NCBI RefSeq assembly: GCF_964213995.1
Contig: NW_027590123.1
Coordinates: 2,356,001-2,420,000, forward strand
Origin: Mustelus asterias
Lineage: Eukaryota
Length of the DNA stretch: 64,000 nt
Reading direction: 5' to 3'
In this document: piece after piece, positions 23,540 through 36,754 of the stretch
Layout of the letters: every line of letters begins with the position of its first letter
Numbering within the stretch: the first letter of the stretch is position 1
Notes under the pieces: generated by a model
What the model was told of the DNA's origin: nothing
What the model saw: only the letters and a program-made list of their open reading frames with translations
Databases searched by the model: none
Position numbers and translations under genes: made by a program

Positions 23540-26120
23540 AGAAGCAACAAGCCTGAGGATTTGGGAATTCAACAAAAGAAGGCAAAATGACTGAGGGGGG
23601 AAATAGAGTATGAGAGTAAAATTGAAAGGAACGTAGAAATATAATGGCGGCACGGTAGCACAGTGGTTAGCACTGCTGCTTCACGGGGCCCGGGTTTGAT
23701 TCCCGGCTTGGGTGACTCTCTAGGTGGAGCTTGCACGTTCTCCCCGTGTCTGCATGGGTTTCCTCCGGGTGCTCCGATTTCCTCCCACATTCGTGCTGAT
23801 TCGATGCATTGTACCAAACAGGTGACGACGGACTGTGGCCGCTTGGGGGATTTTACAGCAACTTCATTGCAGTGTTAATGTAAGCCTTACCTGTGACGAA
23901 TTAATAAATATTTTTTAATAAACTAATTGTAAAAGCTTCTATGAATATGTGAAGAGACAAAGATTAGGAAAGACAAAAGTAGGTAAATTGCAGTCAGAAT
24001 CCAGGGAAATTATAATGGGGAACAAAGAAATGTTGGAAAAATAGAACACAAAGTTTGACTCCATCTTCACAAAAGAGGACACAAATATCCTTAAGAAATG
24101 TTAGGGAACCAAGGGGATAGCTGGAAGACGGCATTGAAGAATACTAGTATTAGTAGGAAAGTCATGCTGGGGAAATTAATTGGGTTAAATGTTGAAAAAT
24201 CACTAGGGCTTGATAATCTACATCCCGGAGTATGAAAGGAAATGGCCCTGGAAATATTGGATGCATTGGTGAACATCTTCTAAAATTCTATGCACTCTGC
24301 AGCAGTTCCTACAGATTGGAGGATGACAAATGAAACACCAATGTATACAAAGAAAGGGAGAGCAACGATGATGACTTACAACCTGACTTTAGCATCAGCG
24401 AAGATGACTGTTATCAAAGATATGATAGCAAAATATTTGAAAAGCATTTACGGAGTTGCATGAAGCCAGCATGGTCTCAAGACAGACATGTCATTTTTAA
24501 CAAACCTACTTGCGTTTTTAGTGTCTGTAAATGATAGAATAGGCAAGGGACGCGGGGGGGGGGGGGGGGGGCGGGGGGGGGGGGGACCAGAGTACGTGGT
24601 GTGTTTTCACTTTCAGGAGATATTTGAGAAGGTTCCTCATAAAATATTTGTAGGCCAAATTAAAGCATTTGGGATAGGGAGTAAGTACAGGCATAGGTAT
24701 AGAATTTGTTGTCATATAAAAAAGAGAGTGGAAATAAATGGGGATTTCTTCTCAGTGACAGTGAGCGACTCGTGGGGTGCCACAGGGTCGCAACTTATTT
24801 TATTTATTCGTCACATTTGGGCTTACTGTAACACTGGGTGGAATTGTGAGTTCTGAGAAGGATGCAGGGTGGCTTTAATGTGATCTGGACAAGTTGAGTA
24901 AATATGAACACGTGGCAGGTGTCACGTGTCTAAGTGTGCAGTTAAATCCTGGTGTGTAAAGCAGAAAGCAATATATATTAGGAATTATGTTGTGCAAATG
25001 GATCTGGGTGTCTTGTACACCAGTCAATGAAATTGGAGAGGCATGCACAGAAAGTAGTTAGGACGGCCTTCATTGCAAGAAGATTTGAGTTCGGAATTAG
25101 GGAAGCTTTACTGCAGGAATGCCAGGCCTTCATATCAGCGCACCTGGTGTAGTGCGTGTTGTTTTGGGCACCCTATCTAAGAAAGGATCTATGGAGAGTG
25201 CAGCTGATACAGGGATTGGTGGGACAGTCTTATTTACTTGACTCACCTAATGAAGGACAGCGCTCTGAAAGCTCGTGATTCCAGATAGACCAGACTTTAA
25301 CCTAGTGTTTTGAGACTTCTTACTGTGCCTATCCCTGTTCAATGCTGACATCTCCACCTCGTGTATTCACTTGAGTTGAGAAGGATGACATGAGAATTGA
25401 TTGAAACATATAAAATTATGATTGAAACATATAAAACATATGAAATGAGGACGGCATGGTGGCAAAGTGGTTAGCACTACTGCCTTACAGCGCTAGGGAC
25501 TCGGGTTCGATTCACAGCTTGGGTCACTGTGCAGAGTCTGAACTTTCTCCCTGTGCCTGCGTGGGTTTACTTCGGGTGCTCCGCTTTCCTCCCACAGTCT
25601 GAAATACATGCTGGTTAGTTGCATTAGCCATGCTAAATTTTCCCTCAGTGTACCTGAACAGGCGCAGAATTGTGGCGATAGGGCATTTTCACGTCAACAT
25701 CATTGCCGTGTTAATGGAAGCCTCCTTGCGACGCTAATAATAAATAAACGTATAAATAATTAAATAAATTCTAACAGGGCTGGACAGGCCAGATGGAGGA
25801 ATATATTTTCGCTGGTTAGGGAGTCTCAAACGAGGGATGCAGTTTCAAGACACAGGACAGCCAATATAGGACAGAAATGAGGAAAGGTTTCTTCACTTCA
25901 GAGGCTAGTGAACCTGCGGAGTGATCTCGCACAGATGACTGTGGATGCCATGTCACTGCATATATTCAAGAAATAAATAGATTTGTGATTAGATTTTAAT
26001 GCTATCAAGGAGTGTGGACAGAATGCAACAATTTGGCCTGGAGATAGGAAACTATCCAATATCATGATGAATGACGGATCAGGCTCGAATAGCCTACTCC
26101 GAATCCTAGTTTCCATGTAT
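23540..26120 (+). mobile_element. Old degenerate CR1 ORF2, interrupted by SINEs (23646-23910, 25449-25745) and a Penelope remnant (25240-25360)
   Basis: Scattered motifs LNVEKSLGLDNLHP and FQEIFEKVPHK, and a CR1 3' end near 26100. Confidence 0.7.
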
Positions 26121-26195
26121 CTAATGTTCAGCTAATATTCTGAGGACTTGGGTTCAAATGCCGCCACGGCAGATTGTGGAATTTGAATTCAATAA

Positions 26196-29100
26196 GAACA
26201 TAAGAACATAAGAAATAGGAGCAGGAGTAGGCCATCTAGCCCCTCGAGCCTGCCCCGCCATTCAATAAGATCATGGCTGATCTGACGTGGATCAGTACCA
26301 CTTACCCGCCTGATCCCCATAACCCTTAATTCCCTTACCGATCAGGAATCCATCCATCCGCGCTTTAAACATATTCAGCGAGGTAGCCTCCACCACCTCA
26401 GTGGGCAGAGAATTCCAGAGATTCACCACCCTCTGGGAGAAGAAGTTCCTCCTCAACTCTGTCTTAAACCGACCCCCCTTTATTTTGAGGCTGTGTCCTC
26501 TAGTTTTAACTTCCTTACTAAGTGGAAAGAATCTCTCCGCCTCCACCCTATCCAGCCCCCGCATTATCTTATAAGTCTCCATAAGATCCCCCCTCATCCT
26601 TCTAAACTCCAACGAGTACAAACCCAATCTCCTCAGCCTCTCCTCATAATCCAAACCCCTCATCTCCGGTATCAACCTGGTGAACCTTCTCTGCACTCCC
26701 TCCAATGCCAATATATCCTTCCTCATATAAGGGGACCAATACTGCACACAGTATTCCAGCTGCGGCCTCACCAATGCCCTGTACAGGCGCATCAAGACAT
26801 CCCTGCTTTTATATTCTATTCCCTTCGCAATATAGGCCAACATCCCATTTGCCTTCTTGATCACCTGTTGTACCTGCAGACTGGGCTTCTGCGTCTCATG
26901 CACAAGGAGCCCAGGTCCCTTTGCACGGTAGCATGTTTTAATTTGTTTCCATTGAGATAATAATCCCATTTGTTATTATTTCCTCCAAAGTGTATAACCT
27001 CGCATTTCTCAACGTTATACTCCATTTGCCATATCCTCGCCCACTCACTCAGCCTGTCCAAATCTCTCTGCAGATCTTCTCCGTCCTCCACACGATTCAC
27101 TTTTCCACTTATCTTTGTGTCGTCTGCAAACTTCGTTACCCTACACTCCGTCCCCTCCTCCAGATCATCTATATAAATGGTAAACAGTTGCGGCCCGAGT
27201 ACCGATCCCTGCGGCACGCCACTAGTTACCTTCCTCCAACCGGAAAAACACCCATTTATTCCGACTCTTTGCTTCCTTTCGGATAGCCAGTCCCCAATCC
27301 ACTTTAACACACTACCCACAACTCTGTGTGCCCTAATCTTCTTCAGCAGCCTTTTATGGGGCACCTTATCAAACGCCTTTTGGAAATCCAAAAACACCGC
27401 ATCCACCGGTTCTCCTCCATCAACCGCCCTAGTCACATCTTCATAAAAATCCAACATGTTCGTCAAGCACGACTTTCCCCTCATGAATCCATGCTGCGTC
27501 TGATTGATCGAACCATTTCTATCCAGATGCCCTGCTATCTCCTCTTTAATAATGGATTCCAGCATTTTCCCTACTACAGACGTTAAGCTGACCGGCCTAT
27601 CGTTACCCGACTTTTGTCTCCTTCCTTTTTTAAACAGCGGCGTAACATTAGCCGTTTTCCAATCAACCGGCACTACCCCAGAATGCAACGAGTTTTGATA
27701 AATAATCACTAACGCATCCACTATTACCTCTGACATTTCTTTCAATACCCTGGGATGCATTCCATCCGGACCCGGGGACTTGTCCACCTTCAGTCCCATT
27801 AGTCTACCCAGCACTGCCTCTCTGGTAACATTAATTGTATTAAGTATTTCTCCTGCTGCCAACCCTCTATCGTTAATATTTGGCAAACTATTTGTGTCCT
27901 CCACCGTGAAGACCGACACAAAAAACTTATTTAAAGACTCAGCCATATCCTCATTTCCCACTATTAACTCCCCCCTCTCGTCCTCCAAGGGTCCAACATT
28001 CACTCTAGCCACTCTATTCCTTTTTATATATTTATAAAAACTTTTACTATCATTTTTTATATTAATTGCTAGCCTAGCTTCATAGTCTATCCTTCCTTTC
28101 TTTATCGCTTTCTTAGTCTCTCTTTGTTGTTTCTTAAATTTTTCCCAATCACTTGTTTCTCCACTATTTTTGGCCACTCTGTACGCAGCTGTTTTTATTT
28201 TAATACTCTCCTTTATTTCCTTCGTTATCCACGGCTGGTTCTCCCTTTTCTTACAATCCTTGTTTTTTGCTGGAGTATATTTTTGCTGAGAACTGAAAAG
28301 GATCTCCTTAAAAATCCTCCACTGTTCCTCAGCTATCCTACCTGCCAGCCTGCTCTCCCAGTCTACCTTAGCCAATTCATCCCTCATCCTATCATATTTC
28401 CCTCTGTTCAAACAGAGGACACTGGTTTGGGACCAAACTTTCTCCTCTTCCATCTGAATCAGAAATTCGACCATATTGTGGTCACTAGACCCAAGAGGGT
28501 CCTTCACAATAAGATCCTTAATTCTACCTACCTCGTTACACAATACCAGATCCAAAATAGCTCGTTCCCTCGTCGGTTCCGTAACATGCTGTTCAAGGAA
28601 ACTATCCCGACAGCATTCTAAGAACTCTTCCTCCATTCCACCCTTACCGACTTGTGTCTGCCAGTCAATGTGCATGTTGAAGTCCCCCATGATTATTGCC
28701 GTTCCGTTTTTACACGCATCCCTTATCTGCTTGTTTATAGCCCTCCCTACCTCAACATTATTATTTGGGGGCCTATATACCACACCTACTAGTGTCGTTC
28801 TCCCTCTACTATTCCTCATCTCTACCCATAATGATTCCACGTTTTGTTCCTCAGAGCCTATGTCATCCCTCAGTACTACCCTGATATTATCTCTTATTAA
28901 TAGCGCGACCCCACCACCTTTTCCTTCCTGTCTATTCTTCCTAAACGCCTGATACCCCTGGATATTCATCTCCCAGTCCTGGTCACCTTTCAGCCACGTT
29001 TCTGGAATGGCCACCAGATCGTACCCACTTGTGCTGATTTGCACCATCAACTCATTTACCTTGTTCCGAATGCTTCGTGCATTCAGGCAAAGTGTCCTTA

Positions 29101-29480
29101 TTCCAGCTTTTATCTGGACCCGCTTTGATGAGTCGCGAACACCCTCTCCCTCTACTCCCTTATCTAAATTACCGCCTTCATTCACTTGCACCCTCTCCTC
29201 TACCATTAATTTTGTAATTCCCCTTACCCCTGCATCCTCCCCCCCATCAATTAGTTCCTTGATCCTAGTCAACTCTTCTAGCTCCCCTCCCCCCAACCTA
29301 TCTAGTTTAAATTCTCCCCAGTAGCCTTAGCCAACCTACCGGCCAGGATATTGGTCCCCGTGTGATTCAAGTTCCACCCGTTTTTTGTATACAGATCACC
29401 CCTGCCCCTAAAGAGGTCCCAATGGTCCAGGAACCTGAATCCCTGCCCCCTGCACCAGTCCCTCAGCCACACATTCATCC
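26196..29480 (-). mobile_element. Young CR1 LINE: ORF1 3' end (SGNH esterase-like) plus ORF2 (APE endonuclease and RT) with a single frameshift
   Basis: ORF 29302-29484 (WLRDWCRGQGFRFLDHW); ORF 26861-29296 (LNARSI, ETW, GGGVA, YRPP, GDFN, SDHN, KFADD) continued by 26292-26969 after a 1-nt deletion at about 26910; TTCTTATG repeat tail; TSD TCAATAA at 26189-26195 and 29481-29487. Confidence 0.97.
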
Positions 29481-29735
29481 TCAATAAAATATATCTGGAA
29501 CTAAGAATCTATTGATGACTGAGACCATTGTTAATTGTTGTAATAAAAACACATCTGGTTCGCTAATGTCCCTTTAGGGAAAGAGATCTACTGTCCTTAG
29601 CTTGTCTAACCTACATGTGACTCCAGAGGCACAGCAATGGGGCTGACTCTCAACTGTCCTCCAAGGGCAACTATGGATGGGCAATGAATGCTGGCCAGCC
29701 AGTGACGCCCCAAGTCCCACGAATGAATAAAAAAA
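29481..29735 (+). mobile_element. DeuSINE/SacSINE1-like SINE, 3' part (5' part at about 26125-26195, split by the CR1)
   Basis: Sequence reads through across the TSD; CATCTGGTTCGCTAATGTCCCTTTAGGGAA core and GGATGGGCAATGAATGCTGGCC tail. Confidence 0.7.
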
Positions 29736-30374
29736 CCATGTTTACCCTGTCTGTCCTACATGTGACTCCAATTCTACAGTGATGAAGTTGACACTTAAGA
29801 GCCTCTGATTGCCGAAACAGCCATTCAGGTGTTTCAAAGCTGCTCAGAAAGTCAAACAAAAATAAAACCGACCAGAGGGCAATTATTTTCACAAAGGTGG
29901 CTCACAGGATGTCAGAGTCCTTCTCAGCCTTCTCAGGATTAATGCTGACTATGCTAGTGATGCCCATATCTAGAGAATGAATACAACAGTGCAAACTACT
30001 GCGGATTCCGGAAATCTAACAGAAAAGCAACAAAACCGATTGGTCAGTGGGCATCAGCAGAGAGTGAAACAGATTCTCATTTCAGGTCGATAACAGGATG
30101 CAAAACCTCGATGATATAATTCTGTAGAATTACAGTAATTCTGTTCTCCCCAGTATCCTGGGCCATTCATTCTTCAACTAAAATTTTAAAAATTCTGTTC
30201 ATTTATCACGTCAGTTTGTGGGAGCCTGCTGTGCACAAAATACTTGCTGTATTCCCAATATTACAGCAGTGAATTAATTAAGCGAAAATACATCAGTGAG
30301 TTTTAAATGCTTTGGCGCGACCTGAGGTCGGGGAAAGCGTTATAAAAATGTAGGCGTCATGGTAGCACAGTGAG

Positions 30375-30710
30375 GTGGCACGGTGGCACAGTGGTTAGCA
30401 CTGCTGCCTTACAACCCCAGAGCCCTGGGTTCGATTCCCGGGTGGTGTCACTGTCTGTGTGGAGTTCGCACATTCTCCACATGTCTGCGTGAGTTTCCTC
30501 TGGGTGCTTTGGTGTCCTCCCACAGTCAAAGATGTACGGGTTAGGTTGATTGGCCATGCTACATTGCCCCTTAGTGCCCCGGAATGCGTAGGTAGAGAGA
30601 TTAACAGCGTAAATATGTTGGGTTACGGGGATAGGGCCTGGGTGGGATTATTGTCGGTGCATACCCGACGGGCTGAATGGCTTCCTTCTGCACTGTAGGG
30701 CTTCTATGAC
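30375..30710 (+). mobile_element. HE1-type SINE, full length
   Basis: Head, core and tail present; absent from duplication copy 2. Confidence 0.85.
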
Positions 30711-31539
30711 TAAGTGCAAGTTCTTTCCAAATGTTAACATTAGAAAATGCAGGATTTGATGTGTTGAAAGCTCTGAGATTAATGTGATTGTATTAATTCC
30801 GCTGCCTGATGTCTTAACTTGTCCAGTTTAAGTAGATTAAATCATCAATCAAATTGACATTCAGTGGAATACCAACCTGTTGAAATACGTTTTATTTATT
30901 GCGACATCAGAATACTCTGAACAAATTTTTGATCAGAATGTATCTCTTTATTTGAATTAAATGGCAAGTGCTCTAATGGGTATTCACAAAGCTTCTATTC
31001 ACTTCGAACCAACTGTCAATATACTTAAATTAAACCGTTATTTTAAGTTGAAACGAATCAGTAAGTGACTGTTTATCTGGTTTTGCTGCCGTGATACTTC
31101 ATTCTAACCAATGAGGTGTTTGTGTATATAAACAGAAAAATAGAAATCCCAGATCAGATTCATTGATTGCGAAAAACAGAACAAAAATTTCCCCATCAAC
31201 GCAGCACAGAAATAGACACAAGCATGCATCCAGTCGTGATTGTTTTTTGGACATTTTTCTTCATCGGTTATTTGCGCAAAACAGGCTATGATCATCTGTG
31301 TGGTCAAAAGTAGGAACGATTCCCTCTAACCTCGAAATATAATGCCAAGGGCAAATATATCTGTGGAGATTTCCTGTGCTTTATCTCTCTGTGTTTTCCT
31401 CCTCTCTGATTCTGTGTCTTGTCTTGTCTCTCCACGATAGGTCATTGTCAACAACATCAAGTCAAACTCCAGCTAATGTATTCTCTCAGCCATATTAATA
31501 GGGTTCTAACTAAATGGATCTAATTCAATTAATTGGAAT

Positions 31540-31830
31540 ATATCGAGAGAGCTTTTCACCAAAATGTATATTGGTCATTCCCTGGATCTAACTCGTCCTG
31601 TCCCAGCCACCCAATTGTTTGAATGGACATTGCAGAGAGAGTTTTACTGTTTCTAAACAGCCTACATTTTCTGGGAATGTATGATTGGGACAGTGGAGAT
31701 GGAGATTCACTTCGTATCTATCCCGTGCTACACCTGCCTTAGGAGTGTTTAATGTTGCACTGTGGAGAGAGCTCAACATTCGGTACCTAAACACATGCTG
31801 CACCTGCCATTGGAATGTTTGATGGGACAC
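31540..31830 (+). repeat. Degenerate approximately 65-bp shark minisatellite (GTGTTTGATGGGACAGTGTAGAGGGAGCTTTACTCTGTATCTAAC-like)
   Basis: Several diverged units; longer paralogous array at 43880-44430. Confidence 0.65.
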
Positions 31831-32245
31831 TAGGCCCTGTCTCTATATTGCACTCGTCTGTGACCCTGTCTCTGCTGTTGTTAAATTAACTAATCTACGT
31901 GTCAGGTTATATTAAAGAAGATTCTGTCTCTGTTCATATTACACTAGACGTGCTCTCTCTTTATACTAAACTAGATGCTGTCTCTGTTTATATTACACAT
32001 CACCATGTCTCTGTTTATATTACGCTCAGTAAGAAGTCTAACAACACCAGGTTAATGTCCAACAGGTTTATTTGGTAGCAAAAGCCACTAGCTTTCGGAA
32101 CAGGCTTATATTGCACTCGACAGTGACTCTGCTTTTATTAATGTAGACCTATCTCTGTACTAAACTGAATGTGGTCTTAGTTCTGCACTTGACGATGTCC
32201 ATGTTCAGTTTATATTGGGCACAGACTCAGCTTTTGCTGCACTGG
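31830..32245 (+). repeat. 26-27 bp minisatellite array
   Basis: Units such as TCTCTGTTTATATTACACATCACCATG; contains a Penelope remnant at about 32027-32102 (minus). Confidence 0.7.
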
Positions 32246-32624
32246 ACAAGGCGCAATAATGTGAAAAGTGGCTGGGGGAACACATTTCTCTTGCAACCTT
32301 CTGCAGACACAACTCTCTCGGATGGAGACTGGTTTTGGGCACTGGAAGAAGTGATATCTGAAATCCCATTCTGCTGACAGTGGATATCAAACCCTGCGGT
32401 GGATGCACTGTCGATCCAATAGTTTCTGTTTCAGGATCCTGCTGATGTTTTTATTACAGCATATTTATGTATTGTGTTATCTCTGATGCTGACGGAACCG
32501 GAGAGCAATGTGGCCATAATTCAAAGAGAGGCATAAGCCGGTGCATTAATAACAGTGACCAGGTCACATGAAATATAGGCAGAGTCAGGATCAAATAAAC
32601 ACATACATGGACTGGTGCAGCATT

Positions 32625-33078
32625 AAGACCATACCATAAGACAGAGTAGCAGAATTAGCTACTCGGCCCATCGTGTCTACTCCGCCCATTCAATCATGGC
32701 TGATATTTTTCTCATCCTCATTCTCCTGCCTTTTTCCCATAACACCTGATCCCTTTATTAATCAAGAACCTATCTATCTCTATCTTAAAGGCACTCAATG
32801 ACCCGACCTCCACAGCCTTCTGCAGCAAAGAGTTCCACACATTCCCCACTCTCTGGCTGAAGAAATTCCTCCTCATCTCTATTTTAAAGGATCGCCCCTT
32901 TAGTGTGAGGTTGTGCCCTCTGGTTCTAGCTTTTCCTACGAGAGGAAACGTCCTCTCCATTTCCACTCGAGCCAGGCCTCGCAGTATCCTGTAAGTTTCA
33001 ATAAGATCCCCCCTCATCCTTCAAAACTCCAACGAGTACAGACCCAGAGTCCTCAACTGTTCCTCATACGGCAAGCTC
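32625..33078 (-). mobile_element. CR1 3' fragment
   Basis: ORF 32718-33017 RGDLIETY...RRNFFSQRV. Confidence 0.88.
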
Positions 33079-33239
33079 TAATTAAAACAAGATCAAGTTC
33101 ATTTGATCTAATGAACTATTCAAGCAAATACTGTGACAGAAACACCTGTAATGCAAGAATGTTGTTTCAGTTTCGTATACACAGATTAAATGTTCTGATA
33201 CAGTAGGAATTGAGACACATAAAGATTAAAGTTTTAAAG

Positions 33240-33532
33240 CGTACTTATTAGTGTCACAAGTAGGCTTACATTAACACTGCAATTAAGTTACTGTGAAAAT
33301 CCCCTAGTCGCCTGTTCGGGTAGAATTTAGGGAAGAATTTAGCATGGCCAAAATGCATCGAAACAGTACGTCCATCGGACTGTGGGAGGAAACCGGAGGA
33401 CCCAGATGAAACCCACCCAGACACAATGAGAACATGCAGACTCCACACAGACAGTCTTCAAAGCTGGGAATTGAGGCCGGGTCCCTGGTGCTATCAGGCA
33501 GCAATGATAAGCATTGTGCAACCGTGCCGCCC
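33240..33532 (-). mobile_element. HE1-related SINE variant
   Basis: Core and alternative tail. Confidence 0.75.
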
Positions 33533-34949
33533 ATATTAACTGAAACAGAGTTCAGCACAATCATAACTCAGAAAGTATCGTCTAAGTAGGGCCTTGGGCT
33601 CATGTAGGAACAACTGATAATGAGCCAAGTAGAGAAATAACGAAGATAGGACATGTTGTAAAGTGATCGAGACATGGCCTATTGCAATACAAACAGAGAT
33701 GGGGCCTAGTTGAATAGAAGCAGAGATATGACATGTTCAAAATTATTTAATGAGATTTTGGTGTCACTGGTAAAGTGGCATTTGTTGCTACTTCATTTTT
33801 CCCTTTCAGAATGTGGTGGTGAGCTCTCTTCACGAACCATAGAATTCCACACTGAGTAAATACACGCACAGTGCTGACAGGAAGGGAGTTACAAGATTTT
33901 CAAGCATGGACACTGAAATATACAGTCAAGATGGCGTGTGGGTTTTATGGGCACTTGCCGGTAATTGTGTTCTCGTGCATCTGCTGCCCTTGTCATTTTA
34001 AGTGCCAGAGCTAATGTGTTTGGGAGGTGCTATCGAAGGATGATTTTGCTGCTATACGAGTTGTGTATAGGACATGTCTGCCAATTTTCCATACTGTTGG
34101 GTATGTGACCGTGATGTAGCTATACTTGAACAGGTTGGCTGGGGCGCAGCGAGCTCCAGAGCACAAATCGTCATTATAATTGCTGAAATATTGTCAGGAC
34201 CAATAATCCTTGCAGTGTCCAATGCCTTCAGCACAGGATCAATCAGGATCATATTGCAAGTTGGAGCGGGCTCCCGGGCTTGAATGGCCTACTCCTGTCC
34301 CAATGTTATCCTGTGAAATGAATTGTACTGCTTGGAAACTGGCATCTGTGATGCTGGGGGCCTCAGGAGTAGGCCGAGATGGAACATCCTGTCGGCACTT
34401 CTGGAGAAACATTGCAGCAATTGTTTCAATTTTGTTCTTCTCCATTTGCTGAGTTCTCACATCATGAAGAATAGGGGTTTTATGTGAGGCTCCTGCTGCA
34501 GTTAATTACTTAAATGTCCACCACCATTCAGGACTGCATGTGGCAGAATTGCAAAGTTAGATGCTACCTGTAAAAAGTCGGATCAGAATGATTGTGTGAC
34601 TTGTACTGGTGCAATACTAGTTTAAACAGGGTGCCATATGATATAATATGTTATAATCATAGACAGGGCCCATTCTAACATATATACATATGGAGGCCAA
34701 TTCAAAGTGAACAGATACAGGGTCCAGTGTAGTACTTATTGCGACAGTCCTTGCTTCATGTAATGTAACCCATCAAGATTTCATTTCCATCTGCTGGCAA
34801 AACTTTGTAATTGCAGTTGCTGTGAAAATATCGCTGTCAGGTATGATCTATGATATTAATGTAGCAAGAATTCACATCCATTTATGTAATATCACATCCC
34901 CTTCTGCGCGGTGGCCAAAATTGCAGGTGCAACGAATTGTACACGTACG

Positions 34950-35790
34950 TTGCTGAATCATGCAGGTTAAGTGGTGTCCCGCAGGAATCTGTCTGGGGCC
35001 TCAATTATTTACAATATTCATTAAGGACTGAGATAATAGCATAAAAATTCAAATATCGAAATGATAGGTCAAAATATTCTTTTAGATGGCACAAAGTTAA
35101 ATTTAGTGGATGCCAAACAAGATTTGGGGTTAGGCGCATAGTTTCTTAAAGTGTCACGATCTGATACAGAAAATAGTCATTAAGGCCAACGGAATGTTGA
35201 CCTTCATATCCAAAGGACGAGAATATAGGGATGCAGATGTCGTACTGCAATTGTGCAAAATCCTTGTTAGACCCCAATTAGCGTACAGTGAGCAAGTATG
35301 GGCAACACACCTTTGGAAAGATGTTGACTCTGGAGGGAGATCAACGCAAGTTGGGAGGAGAGATCAGATAAATTGAGACTTTTTCTCTCGAATTCGGAAG
35401 GTTGAGGGCTGCTCTGATAGAAATCTATGAAATATTTACAAGGAAGGACAGTGTCGATAAAGATAAAATGTTTCCACCAGTTGAAGGTTCGAGAATAAAC
35501 GGTCATAGTTTAAAAAATAGGGACAGGCCATTCCGAAGAGGTGATAGAAAGCATTTCTACACGCAGAGAGAGATGGATGTTTGGAACTCTCTTCCGCAAA
35601 CGCCGGTGGATGTTGGTTCAATTGTTAGATTTAAGTCTGAGATCGATTTTTTTTTTATTGAACAAGGGGATCAAGGGATATGGGCCTCGGGAAGGTACAT
35701 GCATTCGGTCACAGATCAGCCATGATCTTATTGAATGGCGGTGCGAGTTCGAGGAGCTGAATGGCCTACTCCTGCGGCTATGTTCCGATG
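34950..35790 (+). mobile_element. Old CR1 fragment
   Basis: LVRPQLAY and RKHFYTQREMDVWNSLP motifs. Confidence 0.75.
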
Positions 35791-36754
35791 TTGCCAGATC
35801 AGTATCAGATCAAAATGGCTCAATCCATGGTGATGCATTTTAGTTCATTTTGGTTAGAAGGAGGGATGTTGACCAGGGCGCTGTTGGAGACCAAGGGACC
35901 TTTAATGGCCCGCTCAGCAAACATGGCGTTGGGGAAAGTTTAGTTGTTTATCATTCCATCTGAAAGATAGTTGGGATCATTATTTCTGAAGACTCCCAGA
36001 AAGACAAGATGCAGTCTAAATTTGAAGGAAAATGTGTGTGTGTGTGTCTGTGAGCGTTGTCTGAAAAACGTCATATTGTTTACAAATCAACGTCACAATG
36101 ATAACCGGCATCCTTCTGTTTACAATAGAAGTTAGAAACACAGTAAACACATTCATTTCATTTTGGTTTCTTTTTCATATGTCACATTTGTTGATGACTG
36201 AGGAGAACAATCTTTGAGAGGTTGATTCAACGGCAAGTGTTGCCCATGAAGCTATTAGTTGTGGTTGTATATTGTCGTTTTCTGTGTCATGAATGAGACC
36301 GAGGAATTTTTGGTGGAGAGCCTAGTTCCCCCAAATCTTGTAGTCTCTGCTCTGATGCTAGTGTCGAATGTCTTATTTAGGTTCAGGAAAGTATGGTTAT
36401 GATACGTATATCTCCCAACACAAGCACAACACTGTGCTTCAGGTTAATCCCGGTCTTCAAGCAGATGAGTAACAAAATTGTCATCCTATCAAAGGCCTTT
36501 CCCGTGATGCTATGATTGAGATACACCGACAAATGTTGCCGGCTCCTCTGTCGGCCTTGTCTTCGGATAGTGTGATGTTTTTGAATCATGAATCTCCTGT
36601 GGAACGGAACCTATCTTCTGGCAGAGAAAGAGAAGGTCATAAATGTTCAGAACGTTGGTATTTATTTTCACCAATTGCCATCCATTCACAAAATTGCACA
36701 ATTTTGTTCACAAGTTATCATCCATTCATAAACATTAATGCATTTACGTTTTAA

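Noticed and set aside
24550-24586. Poly-G run (and poly-C at about 4535-4562) as a functional G-quadruplex element
   Set aside because: Both lie inside decayed LINEs and look like homopolymer expansions of uncertain length.
26493-29324. Multiple plus-strand ORFs of 60-165 aa
   Set aside because: Antisense shadows of CR1 ORF2.
31540-32245. Regularly spaced repeats as a CRISPR-like array
   Set aside because: Eukaryotic context, degenerate tandem units without unique spacers, and no cas genes.
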